Notes: generated by a model not told the origin, from the sequence alone. Positions 28,251-39,300 are shown, numbered from the stretch's first letter. The stretch: 64,000 nt of DNA from Candidatus Levybacteria bacterium CG2_30_37_29 (GCA_001873215.1 MNYS01000003.1:49455-113454); one strand, 5' to 3'. Translations and numbers: made by a program.

Positions 28251-28667
28251 ATGGCGAATAATAGGTATAAATTTTTGACGGAAAAAGATGAATATGAGAT
28301 TTTCAATCTTGTAAGAAATGCTTTTTTGTCAGCACATAACGGTCGTGATGTTGAAAAAATTATTAACGCTCTCCTCACAACTGATGAAAGAATAAAAATA
28401 GGAAGACGTATTAAGATTGCAGAAATGATGATTTCAGGAACGACAGGTGAAGATATAATGGGTACGTTACATGTAGGAAGAAACTCAGTGACTCTTGTTA
28501 GTAAACATCTCGATAGATATCAAGAAGGTTTTGAATTGATCCTGAAACGGCAGAAAAAAGTGGAAAAGGCGTATAAAGAAAAAGCGCATAGATTAAGTGG
28601 CGGATCAAGATTGATTTTAAAGAAAAAACGATATACGGGTTTCAAACGTAAAGACGTGAAGATGTAA
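28251..28667 (+). CDS. YerC/YecD (TrpR-like) family DNA-binding protein, paralog 2
   Basis: Homologous to 9636-10046. TrpR-like helical HTH region TDERIKIGRRIKIAEMM...GRNSVTLVSKHL. Confidence 0.6.
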   Translation: MANNRYKFLTEKDEYEIFNLVRNAFLSAHNGRDVEKIINALLTTDERIKIGRRIKIAEMMISGTTGEDIMGTLHVGRNSVTLVSKHLDRYQEGFELILKRQKKVEKAYKEKAHRLSGGSRLILKKKRYTGFKRKDVKM

Positions 28668-28683
28668 TTTTTAGTTTAAAACT

Positions 28684-30621
28684 TTGTTCAGCTTCGTAAA
28701 TACTGCTATAATAGACGAAATGATGGCTTCGGAGATTTTAGAAAAATATATAGAGTTTTTTAAAAAACAAAATCATGTTCAGATTGTAAATTCTTCTTTG
28801 GTTCCAGAAAATGATCCGACTACATTGTTTACTTCCTCCGGAATGCAGCCTTTGATCCCTTATCTTTTAGGAGAAGCTCATCCGCAGGGCAAACGTTTGG
28901 TCAATGTGCAAAACTGCTTCCGTGCGGGTGATATTGATGAAGTTGGAGATAACCGCCACATTACTTTTTTTAGAATGCTTGGGAATTGGTCTTTGGGTGA
29001 TTATTTTAAAAAAGAGCAAATTCTGTGGTTTTGGGAATTTTTAACAAGCAAAGAAAAAGGTTTGGGCTTATCTAAAGATAAATTATATGTTTCTGTGTTT
29101 GAAGGTTTTAAAAACATTCCGAAAGACACGGAATCATATGAAATATGGTCGGATTTATTAAAAAAAGACGAGCTGAATCCTGAAGAAAGAATATTTTATT
29201 ACGGAGTTGACAAAAATTGGTGGTCAAGAACCGGCGTTTCTGACAATATGCCGGTTGGTGAACCCGGTGGACTAGATACTGAAGTTTTTTACGATTTTGG
29301 CCCTTCGGCAAACTCAGGGCAAGAACACCATGATAAAAAAAAGTTTGGAGATAAATGTCACCCTAACTGTGATTGCGGAAGATATTTGGAAATCGGAAAT
29401 TCAGTTTTTATGCAATTTAAAAAAACCGAAACCGGATTTGAAGAATTACCTCAAAAAAATGTTGATTTTGGGGGAGGTTTGGAGCGCCTTATTGCTGCAA
29501 CAGAAAACAAGCAGGATATTTTCCAGACATCACTTTTCTCTCCTGTTATAAAAAGAATTGCTGAGGTAACAAAAAAAGAATACGAAGAACATAAAGAAGA
29601 AATTCAGATTATTGCAGATCACTTTACGGCCGCAGTATTTATGGTTTCATCTAATCTTTTCCCATCAAATAAAGAGCAAGGATATATCTTAAGGCGTTTA
29701 ATTCGCAGAGGCTTGGATAATTTTTATACGCTTGGAGGGATCAATATTGATCCGATTCTTGAACAAATCGTAGAACAATACCGTGATACAGATGAATATC
29801 TTGTCGAAAAATTTGAACATATAAAAGCGGTAGTTTTAGAAGAAGAGCAAGCATATAAAAAAGCCCTTGCAGGCGGGAAAAAATTGATAGAAAAAGAACT
29901 TATAACGCGTGGTCTATTACAGGGTGATGAATTGATGGGAGTGGTAAAGATTCCCGCAGAAGTTGCTTTTAAATCTTTGGCAAGTTATGGACTTGGACCG
30001 ACTCAATTGGAAAGCTTGGGTTACACATTTGACAGGAAAGAACTTTCCGAATTAATAAAAAAGCATCAAGATGTCTCAAGAAAAGGAGCTGAGAAAAAAT
30101 TTACCGGTGGCCTTGCGGATCATTCGGAGAAGACAGTAATGGGTCATACAGCAACGCACCTGTTACATAAAACTCTTCGTGATATGTTTGGAAATGATTT
30201 ACACCAGACCGGATCGAACATAACCTCGGAACGTGTACGGTTTGATTATAATTTTGATCGCAAACTGACAGATGAAGAAATTAAAAGATTGGAAGACACC
30301 GTTAATGAAAAAATTAAAGAAAATCTACCGGTTCATTTTGAGATTATGAATCTTGTAAAAGCAAAAGATATCGGTGCAATCGGATTGTTTGACGAGAAGT
30401 ATTCGGATAACGTGAAGGTGTATTTTGTAGGAGGGGAAAAAGGTAGTCCTACGTCGGATAAATCCTCCTCAGGACGACCTCTTACGGATAAACCTTACTC
30501 GGTCGAATTCTGTGGTGGACCGCACGTTGATTTTACAGGAGAGATAAAAAGGTTTAAGATTATAAAAGAAGAAGCCTTGGGTAGAAGTTTAAGGCGAATT
30601 TATGCTGTGGTCGGCGACTAA
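28684..30621 (+). CDS. alaS: Alanine--tRNA ligase, a short form lacking the C-terminal C-Ala domain
   Basis: Class II catalytic core LFTSSGMQPL, FRAGDIDEVGDNRHITFFRMLGNWSLGDYFK. Editing domain HTATHLLH and CGGPHV. 645 aa against about 870 typical. Confidence 0.85.
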   Translation: MFSFVNTAIIDEMMASEILEKYIEFFKKQNHVQIVNSSLVPENDPTTLFTSSGMQPLIPYLLGEAHPQGKRLVNVQNCFRAGDIDEVGDNRHITFFRMLGNWSLGDYFKKEQILWFWEFLTSKEKGLGLSKDKLYVSVFEGFKNIPKDTESYEIWSDLLKKDELNPEERIFYYGVDKNWWSRTGVSDNMPVGEPGGLDTEVFYDFGPSANSGQEHHDKKKFGDKCHPNCDCGRYLEIGNSVFMQFKKTETGFEELPQKNVDFGGGLERLIAATENKQDIFQTSLFSPVIKRIAEVTKKEYEEHKEEIQIIADHFTAAVFMVSSNLFPSNKEQGYILRRLIRRGLDNFYTLGGINIDPILEQIVEQYRDTDEYLVEKFEHIKAVVLEEEQAYKKALAGGKKLIEKELITRGLLQGDELMGVVKIPAEVAFKSLASYGLGPTQLESLGYTFDRKELSELIKKHQDVSRKGAEKKFTGGLADHSEKTVMGHTATHLLHKTLRDMFGNDLHQTGSNITSERVRFDYNFDRKLTDEEIKRLEDTVNEKIKENLPVHFEIMNLVKAKDIGAIGLFDEKYSDNVKVYFVGGEKGSPTSDKSSSGRPLTDKPYSVEFCGGPHVDFTGEIKRFKIIKEEALGRSLRRIYAVVGD

Positions 30622-30625
30622 AATT

Positions 30626-32830
30626 ATGAATCTGCCTTTTATAAAAAAACAAAAAGAAACTAAAGATTTTTTTCTTTCTCTTCTGATAAAGCCCTACAGG
30701 ATAGCCGCCATCCTTTTTGAAAAAACCAACTCAAACCTTTTAATCGTATCGACAAAAGAAGAGGAGTTGGAAAAGGAAGTAAATTCTATTTCCGGGGAAG
30801 AACTTGTTGAAGTAAGTGATAAAGTGATAAGTTTTGTAGAGGAAAGTGTTCCTCAGGGTACTGCGCTTGAGAAGACAATTCTTGCTGTACCTTACGATTG
30901 GATTTCTGAAGGTGAAATAAAAAGAGAATACCTTAATCTTCTAAAAAACGTTCGTGACGAGCTCGGTCTTGTAATCGAAGGGTTTATCGTATCAATTGAG
31001 GCGATAATCCGTTTTCTTCAGGAAAAAGAAGGCGCACCAATTTCTTCAATTTTTGTAGAAATCGCAAAAAATACTATTTTTATCTACGTTGTCAGGGCGG
31101 GAAATATAATTGAGGTAAAAAGCACAGAAGCAGAAGGCGGAATAGTTGAAACCGTTGAAAAACTTTTTCTTAGTATTGAAAAACTTAATAATTTACCTCC
31201 AAAACTTGTGCTTTTGGATTATGAAGACGGAGAAAATATTCAGCAGGAATTTTTATCTTACTCTTGGTCTAAAGATATTCCTTTTTTACACGTACCGCAG
31301 GTGGTAGTTCTTGAAAAAGGTTTTGAAAATGAGGCTGTTATAAATGGTGTTGCAAATAAAATGAAATCTGATGTATTACAAGATGTAAAAAGCGGGGTAC
31401 CGGACATAGATGATAAAAAAAGCTTTGAAGAAACACCGTCTGATGAATTTGGATTTTTGAAAGAAAAGGACGTTGATGAGAAAAAAGAATATATAGAAGC
31501 AGAAGGAAATTTGGTTCCGGTTTTAAATATGGAATTTGGAGAAAACAAAAAAAATATAGAAGACGATGAATACAAAGAGATCCCAAAACCCCATAATAAA
31601 AAAAATTATATGGGAATTTTTTTGCCTGCACTATCTTTACTAAAAAAAATCAAAATGCCGAAAATAAAAGGTATGTTTTTCAATAATTTTGTGAAAATAC
31701 CAATCGGCCGGCGCGCAATAATAGGTGGTATTTTGGCTGCCGCCGTCGCAATTTTTCTTTCCGCAATTTATTATAATTTTATACTCAAGGCTAGTGTTAC
31801 TGTTTTTTCTGATCAGAAAGAATTTAATAAGGATACCTCAATTATTCTTGCCCCAAACGGTGAAACAAAAGAAAATACCCTAAAAATTACGACAATAACA
31901 GAGGAAGTAAGCGGGGACGGAACAAATCCCGCAACCGGTAAAAAGGAAACAGGAGAAAAAGCCCGTGGTGAGGTAACAATCTATAATAAAACAGAAGAAA
32001 AAAAAACATTTCCTAAAGGGACTGTAATTGTTGGGTCAAACAGCTTGGAATTTCGTCTCACAGATGAAGTAACTGTTGCGTCAACTTCATCTTTTGCTAC
32101 CAACTTTTCAAACGTAAAAGCAAAAGTTGAGGCTTCTACTTTTGGAAAAGAATATAATCTACCGTCCGGAACAAACTTTACTGTAAAAAATAATTCTTCA
32201 ACAAACTTTATTGCAAAAAACGATTCTGCGTTTTCCGGCGGAACAAAAAAAGAGACAAAAGTTGTTTCAAAGCAAGATATCGAGGACGCAAAAAATTCTC
32301 TTACTTCAGATCTTGCTAAAAAAGCTCTTGCACAAGCAGGATCAAAGCTAGGAGAAGGAGAAGCTCTCGTTCCGGCGCAAATAGCCGAAGACGTAACAAG
32401 TGAAAAACTCAGTAAAAAAGAAGGTGAAGAGGCAGATATAGTTAGCGTATCCGAAACCATTAAATTTACTCTTGGAATATACACAAAAAAAGAATTGGAA
32501 CAATTAATAAAAGGAATTTCCGATGGTCAGATACCTGATTCTTACGAGTTAATATATGATAGTTCAAGAGTTGAGATGAAAAATGTCCGCGTGGGAAAAA
32601 AGGATACGGTTGAAGCGAATCTTTCGGTCCAAGCAAAATTTATTCCTCATATTGATATAAAAAAATTGACGAATTCAATAAGGGGAAAAGGAATCGCAAA
32701 AGCCGAAGAGATTTTAAAATCGACAACAGGTGTCACAGACCAAAAAATTATTTTAATACGCAAATTTCCGTTTCTCCCAAGCCTCCTGCCCCAAAATGCT
32801 AAAAATATTACAATTGATATAAAGACATAA
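30626..32830 (+). CDS. Large hypothetical membrane protein (cytoplasmic N-domain, single TM, extracytoplasmic C-domain)
   Basis: TM IIGGILAAAVAIFLSAIYYNFIL near residue 370. K/E-rich. No recognised domain. The start is set at ATG 30626; the ORF-track start at 30602 overlaps the alaS stop. Confidence 0.45.
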   Translation: MNLPFIKKQKETKDFFLSLLIKPYRIAAILFEKTNSNLLIVSTKEEELEKEVNSISGEELVEVSDKVISFVEESVPQGTALEKTILAVPYDWISEGEIKREYLNLLKNVRDELGLVIEGFIVSIEAIIRFLQEKEGAPISSIFVEIAKNTIFIYVVRAGNIIEVKSTEAEGGIVETVEKLFLSIEKLNNLPPKLVLLDYEDGENIQQEFLSYSWSKDIPFLHVPQVVVLEKGFENEAVINGVANKMKSDVLQDVKSGVPDIDDKKSFEETPSDEFGFLKEKDVDEKKEYIEAEGNLVPVLNMEFGENKKNIEDDEYKEIPKPHNKKNYMGIFLPALSLLKKIKMPKIKGMFFNNFVKIPIGRRAIIGGILAAAVAIFLSAIYYNFILKASVTVFSDQKEFNKDTSIILAPNGETKENTLKITTITEEVSGDGTNPATGKKETGEKARGEVTIYNKTEEKKTFPKGTVIVGSNSLEFRLTDEVTVASTSSFATNFSNVKAKVEASTFGKEYNLPSGTNFTVKNNSSTNFIAKNDSAFSGGTKKETKVVSKQDIEDAKNSLTSDLAKKALAQAGSKLGEGEALVPAQIAEDVTSEKLSKKEGEEADIVSVSETIKFTLGIYTKKELEQLIKGISDGQIPDSYELIYDSSRVEMKNVRVGKKDTVEANLSVQAKFIPHIDIKKLTNSIRGKGIAKAEEILKSTTGVTDQKIILIRKFPFLPSLLPQNAKNITIDIKT

Positions 32831-32843
32831 CCCCTTTTTTTTC

Positions 32844-33590
32844 ATGGGCCGTTATTACGTAAAAACAAGAAAAAGTTCTATTTCCTTTTTATATAAGAAG
32901 AAAACAATAAAAAGATTAATTGGTATTTTTTTAGTTTCTGTGGGAATTGTAATCTTTATTTATTTTTTCTTCCCTATTGTTTCCTACCAGATTTTTATCG
33001 AATCAGCTTTTTCAAATTCAAATATTGAAGTCCCAATACCAAAATACCTTGTCGTTAAAAAAAGCGGAACTTTTGGTAGTCTTATCAGTCAGGGGTTTGC
33101 ATCTCTTACGTCGGACTTTACCGACGCCAGAAATTGGTATCCTTCTTTTCCAAGCGATACACATAACACGTTAAAGGTAGATTCATATATGCTTTCAATT
33201 CCACGACTTAAAATTGAAAATGCAATTGTTTCAACAAAAGATTATGATTTAAGTCGCCACCTTATTCAGTATTTTGGAACTTCTATTCCCGGCGAAAACG
33301 GTACGGCGGTTATTTTTGGACATTCTACACTGCCGCAGCTTTTTGACCCTAAAAATTATAAAACAATTTTTGCAACTCTTCATACAATAAAAATCGGAGA
33401 CGAGATAGAAGCGATAGTAAATGGAATAGGTCGAAAATATAAAGTTTTTTCGATAACAATAACATCCGCCGACGACACAAATATTCTTTCACAATCGTTT
33501 GACAGAAGTTATATAACTCTTATTACGTGCACTCCTCCCGGGACTGTGTGGAAAAGACTTGTTGTCCGCGCAAGCCTTGATTCGCTCTAA
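32844..33590 (+). CDS. Sortase-family transpeptidase
   Basis: N-terminal TM anchor, catalytic His (AVIFGHSTL), Cys in TLITCTPPGT, Arg in KRLVVRAS. Confidence 0.65.
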   Translation: MGRYYVKTRKSSISFLYKKKTIKRLIGIFLVSVGIVIFIYFFFPIVSYQIFIESAFSNSNIEVPIPKYLVVKKSGTFGSLISQGFASLTSDFTDARNWYPSFPSDTHNTLKVDSYMLSIPRLKIENAIVSTKDYDLSRHLIQYFGTSIPGENGTAVIFGHSTLPQLFDPKNYKTIFATLHTIKIGDEIEAIVNGIGRKYKVFSITITSADDTNILSQSFDRSYITLITCTPPGTVWKRLVVRASLDSL

Positions 33591-33887
33591 GCCTTAGGAT
33601 ACGATAGATGTATATGCAGGATGATTATATTTACCCTGATACGTCCACTCAAGAAGATGTATATAAAAAAGAAGCAAAATCTTTTTTTGGCGCGGTTTAT
33701 TACTACCTTCTTAAAATAGAACCAACTTTTATAAAAGTATTTAATTTTTTTGTCTATCACACAATAAGAATTATTAAATCAAGCGTAAAATTTGCCATAC
33801 AGCAAATACGATTTGGTGGATAAGAAGAATTTTAACTTATAAATTTTAAATTTAAAATGAAATTCCAATGTTTAAAACTTCATAAAA

Positions 33888-35165
33888 ATGGATGAGAAAA
33901 AGTTAGCGATTGAAGCGATACAAAAAAAATTAGTCGGTAAAAAACTTACGTATAAAGAAATTTACGCAATAATGGATGAGATTGCCGATGATAGGCTTGG
34001 CGATGTTTTAACAACTTATTTTGTTGCCTCAGGCTACTCAAAAGGATTTTCCGACGAAGAAATTTATTTCCTAACAAAAGCAATGATTGAAACAGGAGAG
34101 TATCTTGATTTTAAAGGTATTGTCGCAGATAAGCATTCTATCGGTGGTGTTCCTGGAATGCGTGCAACGCTTATTATAGTTCCTATTATTGCAGCAGCAG
34201 GATTTAAGATTCCCAAAAGTTCTTCAAGGGCGATTACAACTCCGGCCGGTACCGCAGACTCAATGGAGGTTATTTCAAAAGTAACTTTTACAAAAGAGGA
34301 AATTTATAAAATTGTAGAAAAAACAGGAGCATGTATTGTATGGGGAGGAAGTTTTAAAATTGCGCCTGCAGATGACGAGATTATAAAAATTGAAGAGCCT
34401 TTACTTTTTGAAAGTTTTGACAAAATTCTTGTCTCTGTAATGGCAAAAAAAATAGCTTTTGGGAGTAATCACGTGGTAATCCATCTTCCGTATGGAAAAA
34501 ATGTAAAGCTAAAACACAAAGAAGACGCTGAAGTATTGCAGAAAAAATTTGAATTCTTGGCACGGAAATTTAATATAAAACTTGAAGTTCTTACGAGCTA
34601 CATTGATGAGCCGGCGGGTCGTGGAATAGGTCCTCTTCTTGAGACAAGGGATGCTCTTCGTGTTTTGGAAAGACACCATATGCGCCCAATGCCATTGGAA
34701 GAAATGGCACTTGAGCTTGCAAGTGCTCTTCTCCAGCTTTGCCTGAAGGACGAGAGCGCACAAAAGAAAAAAGAAATTGAGGAAAAATATGAAAATACCA
34801 AAAAATGGGCGCACGAAATTTTGTATAGCGGACAGGCTCTTGAGAAATTTAAGGAAATTATTGAAGCGCAAAAGGGAGACCCTGCGATAACTTCTGAAAA
34901 ACTTATAGCCGGAAAATATTCAAAAGCAATAAAGGCTGAAAAGGGAGGAAAAATAACAGAGGTATTATGCAAAAATATAACTGCTCTTGCAAAAATTTTG
35001 GGAGCGCCCAAGCATAAAGCTTCAGGGCTTTATTTGCATAAAAGGATGGGAGATCCGGTTGCCCACGATGAAGAACTTGCTATTCTTTACAGTGACTCTG
35101 AATACAAACTAAACGAGGCTTTTGAATCCCACAATTCATTCCCTCTTTTTAAGATTGAAAGATAG
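33888..35165 (+). CDS. Thymidine/AMP phosphorylase family protein (DeoA-like nucleoside phosphorylase)
   Basis: LTKAMIETGEYLDFKGIVADKHSIGGVPGMRATLIIVPIIAAAGFKIPKSSSRAITTPAGTADSMEVI aligns with the thymidine phosphorylase core (DKHSTGGVGD...SGRGLGHTGGTLDKLE). Confidence 0.75.
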   Translation: MDEKKLAIEAIQKKLVGKKLTYKEIYAIMDEIADDRLGDVLTTYFVASGYSKGFSDEEIYFLTKAMIETGEYLDFKGIVADKHSIGGVPGMRATLIIVPIIAAAGFKIPKSSSRAITTPAGTADSMEVISKVTFTKEEIYKIVEKTGACIVWGGSFKIAPADDEIIKIEEPLLFESFDKILVSVMAKKIAFGSNHVVIHLPYGKNVKLKHKEDAEVLQKKFEFLARKFNIKLEVLTSYIDEPAGRGIGPLLETRDALRVLERHHMRPMPLEEMALELASALLQLCLKDESAQKKKEIEEKYENTKKWAHEILYSGQALEKFKEIIEAQKGDPAITSEKLIAGKYSKAIKAEKGGKITEVLCKNITALAKILGAPKHKASGLYLHKRMGDPVAHDEELAILYSDSEYKLNEAFESHNSFPLFKIER

Positions 35166-35214
35166 TTGACGAATTTGGTCAATTACTTTCCCTGTGGTAC
35201 AATAGGCATATTAT

Positions 35215-36165
35215 ATGAGGAAATTAGGAATTGCTGTTTTTGTTATATTGGTGATAATATTTTCTATTTATCTGTGGTGGACAAATGGACTAAAACCGGT
35301 TAACACAAACGATAATTCCCAAAAAGTTTTTGTTATTTCAAAAGGTGAGGCAATTCGAGAAATTGGAAACTCTCTTAAGAAAGAAGGTCTTATCCGCGAC
35401 CCCGTTGTATTTTTTATCCTTATTAAAAAAAACGGAAACGAAAGAGCAATTCAAGCAGGAGATTACAGGCTTTCCCCGTCAATGGGAGTTATTAAAATTG
35501 TTGACGAGCTTTCGCATGGCACAATAGATGCTTGGATAACTATTCCTGAAGGTTTGAGAGCAGAGGAAATAGCCGACATACTGGAAGTAAATATTAAGAC
35601 TTATAACGCCACATGGAGGGAAAAGCTAAATGAAAACGAAGGTTATTTATTTCCAGATACATATCTTATTCCAAAAGATGCGACTATTGATATAATAATT
35701 TCTATTTTAAAAAATAATTTTTATAAAAAAATTGAAAGCATTGGGCTTTCTAAATCTGATCCCCAGCTTAAAAAAATTGTTATCATAGCTTCCTTAATTG
35801 AGAGAGAAGCTTTAAGAGATGAAGAAAAACCGGTTATAGCTTCAGTCATTACAAATAGGCTAAATGATGGAATTGCACTTGATATTGATGCAACGTTACA
35901 ATATATAAAAGGAAAAGGTTCAAACGATAAATGGTGGAATGTTCCGACTGCTGCCGACAAGAGAATATCTTCGCTTTACAATACATATCTTTATCCCGGT
36001 ATTCCTTTTGGTCCAATTTCAAACCCCGGAATAAATGCCATTGCTGCAGCAAAAAATCCGGCTTCAAGCAGATATTATTATTATCTACATGATTCAAAAG
36101 GAAATGTGTATTTTGCAAAAACATTGGAAGCTCATAACGCAAATATTCAGAAATACCTAAAGTAA
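35215..36165 (+). CDS. mltG: Endolytic murein transglycosylase MltG (YceG family)
   Basis: N-terminal TM anchor and a YceG-like domain, including the conserved segment IIASLIEREA. Confidence 0.75.
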   Translation: MRKLGIAVFVILVIIFSIYLWWTNGLKPVNTNDNSQKVFVISKGEAIREIGNSLKKEGLIRDPVVFFILIKKNGNERAIQAGDYRLSPSMGVIKIVDELSHGTIDAWITIPEGLRAEEIADILEVNIKTYNATWREKLNENEGYLFPDTYLIPKDATIDIIISILKNNFYKKIESIGLSKSDPQLKKIVIIASLIEREALRDEEKPVIASVITNRLNDGIALDIDATLQYIKGKGSNDKWWNVPTAADKRISSLYNTYLYPGIPFGPISNPGINAIAAAKNPASSRYYYYLHDSKGNVYFAKTLEAHNANIQKYLK

Positions 36166-36190
36166 AGCAATAAGAGAATACTATAGGGTA

Positions 36191-36219
36191 TTGACATTCA
36201 AAACCTTTTTGTATATAAA
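36191..36219 (+). promoter_or_regulatory. Sigma70-like promoter (TTGACA, 17 nt, TATAAA) upstream of rpoB, followed by a hairpin plus T-run in the leader
   Basis: TTGACA at 36191-36196, TATAAA at 36214-36219. Downstream hairpin GCAGGGTAT...ATACCTGC followed by TAATTTTTTG. The GGGTATTGA motif is repeated twice. Confidence 0.45.
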
Positions 36220-36310
36220 CATACCTACGTAAAAATAAGCAGGGTATTGATATACCTGCTAATTTTTTGTTGAGTAAAAGGTAACTTAGATCTTCTCGAA
36301 ATTATTCCAG

Positions 36311-39300
36311 ATGGCTAAAATTAATAAGATTCAACGACAATATTGGGGAAAGGAATACAAAGCACTTCCTCAGCTTGATTTGCTATCCATTCAAAAGGAA
36401 TCTTATTCGTGGTTTATAAAAGAAGGAATAAAAGAAGTTATTTCGGAAATTTCCCCCATTGAAGATTTTACCGGTAAAAATTGGGAGTTAACACTTGGAG
36501 AATATAAATTAGGTGAACCAAAAACAACTGAGGAAATTACTCTTAATAAAGGTCTTACATTTTTTTCCCCTCTTACCGTTGAAGCAACTCTTAGCAATAA
36601 AAAAACGGGTAAAAGCGTAAAACAGGACGTCTTTTTAGGAGAAATTCCAAAAATGACAGACAGGGCAACTTTTATTGTCAATGGAATTGAGAGAGTTATA
36701 GTCAGCCAAATTGTAAGAAGTCCTGGAGTTTTCTTCACAGCAACAGAAGATCCGATTACAGGAAAAACTCTTTATACAGCGGAGCTTAGACCGGTACACG
36801 GTTCTTGGCTTGAATTTTCTACAACTCGGGCAGACATGATTGTTGTCAGAATCGATAGACGAAAGAAATTTTTGGCATCAGTATTTTTGAAGGCTTTGGG
36901 AATTGAGAACAATGAGGAAATATATGAAAAATTTAAGGGAATTGATGACGCGGACGAAATTATTAAAAAAACGATTGACAAAGACGAAACAAAAGGTGGA
37001 ACAGACGCGTTAATTGAAATTTTTAAGAAAATGAATCCCGGTGAGCCGGTTGTTATAGATACTGTTAGACAAAATTTCAGAGATTCATTTTTTGACCGAA
37101 GAAGATATGATCTTTCAAAAGTCGGAAGATATAAAATAAATAAAAAACTTGCCGGACTACCAAATTTTTCTCCTCAAGAAGCATATACTCTTACGTTGGA
37201 AGATATAATAGGAATTATTTCATATGTTATTAATTTGTCACGCGGTAAAGGGAAATTAGATGACATTGACCATCTTTCAAACAGAAGAATTAGAAGCATC
37301 GGAGAATTGGTTCAAACGACAGCTTTTCGCGTCGGTGCCTTGAGACTTGAGAGAATTATTAAGGAAAAAATGAGCCTTGCATCAATTGAAGAACAATATT
37401 CCCCATCACATTTTATAAATGCCCACCCAATTATCGCTGCAATTAATGAATTTTTCAGAACTTCACAACTCTCAGCAATTCTTGATCAAACAAATCCTCT
37501 TTCGGAAATTGACAATATTCGCCGTCTTACAGTCATGGGAACAGGCGGAATTTCACGTGAACGCGCATCCTTTTCAATAAGAGACATCAATAGCTCTCAA
37601 TATAGTAGAATTTGCCCGGTCCGCTCTCCTGAAGGACCGAATATCGGACTTGTTACATATCTTACTCTTTACACACGCGTAAACGAATACGGATTTTTGG
37701 AAGCTCCATACAGAAAAATTGAAAAAATTAAAAAAGGACGTAAAACAATTGCAAAACTTACAAACGAGATTATATATATGGATGCTGACGAAGAAAAAGA
37801 TTTTTATATTACACACGCAGATATAAAAGTTGACAAAGACGGATATGTTGAAGATGAGTTGATTCCTGCGCGATACAGCGGAGAATACCTTGAGATAGAA
37901 CGGGAAAAACTTGATTTTATAGATATTGTTCCAAGGCAAGTCGTAGGAACATCAGCGGCTCTTATTCCATTTGTTAATCACGATGAAGCAAACAGAGCTC
38001 TTATGGGTACCCACATGCAGTGTCAAGCTGTTCCTCTTGTCAAAAACGAGAGTCCAATTATCGGTACCGGTATGGAAGCAACTGTGTCAGAAGCCATGAA
38101 TAGAGTTACAAAAGCACCGTTTGACGGTGAAATATCTTTTGTTGACTCTTTAAAAGTTGTATTAAAAGGTAAAAAGGAAGAAAAGACTTTTAAAATTGAT
38201 AAATTTAAAAGGACATCCCAAAACACATTTTTTAATCAAAAACCTACTGTTTTTGCAAAACAAAAAGTAAAAAAAGGAGACATATTAATTGATGGACCAG
38301 TTTCAGATAACGGAGAACTTGCGCTTGGAAAAAACTTGCTTATCGCATATGCATCTTTTGACGGTCTTGGGTATGAAGACGCAATTGTAATTTCTGACAG
38401 GTTGGTAAAAGATGACGGTCTTACGTCTGTTCATATTGAAAAATACGAAGCAACGGTTGTAGATACAAAACTTGGTGCAGAAGAAACAACGAGGGATATT
38501 CCAAATGTTGCAGAGGAAGATTTGGCAAATTTAGATGAGGAAGGAATCGTTGTTGTTGGATCTGAAGTGTCACCCGGAGATATTTTAGTCGGAAAAATTG
38601 CGCCAAAAGGCGAAACAGAACTTACAGCAGAAGAAAGGCTTTTGCGCGCAATATTCGGTGAAAAAGCACGTGAAGTCCGCGATACATCCCTTCGAATGCC
38701 GCATGGAGAGCACGGAATTATTACGAATGTTCAAATTCTTGATAGAAGCCGTGGTGACGAGCTTGAGCCGGGCTCGCTTAAAAAAATTATTATTGAAGTT
38801 GCCCAACTCCGCCACGTTGTAGTCGGAGATAAACTTGCAGGACGTCATGGAAATAAAGGAGTCATTTCAAAAATTGTTCCGGAATCTGACATGCCGTATC
38901 TTTCTGACGGAACGCCTGTTGATATTATTATTTCTCCAATTTCGGTGTTGTCGCGTATGAATCTCGGACAGCTTTTGGAAGCACATCTTGGTCTTGCCGC
39001 GCGAAAATTAAATCTTAGAATTTCCGTTCCTGTTTTTGAAAAAATGCAGGAAGAAAGATATGACCGGCTTATGAAAGATGCAGGAATGCCGGCAAACGGA
39101 AAGATGAAACTTTATGACGCAAGGACAGGCGAGCCGTATGAAAACGATGTGGTTATAGGTATCGGATACATTATGAAACTTATCCACATGGTTGAGGACA
39201 AAGCGCACGCCAGATCAACAGGTCCTTACTCTCTTGTTACACAACAGCCGCTCGGAGGAAAAGCGCAAATGGGAGGACAGCGTTTGGGAGAAATGGAAGT

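Noticed and set aside
33608-33823. 71-aa ORF between the sortase and the phosphorylase
   Set aside because: No RBS, odd composition (MYMQDDYIYPD...), no homolog recognised. The region is more likely a promoter or leader for the phosphorylase gene.
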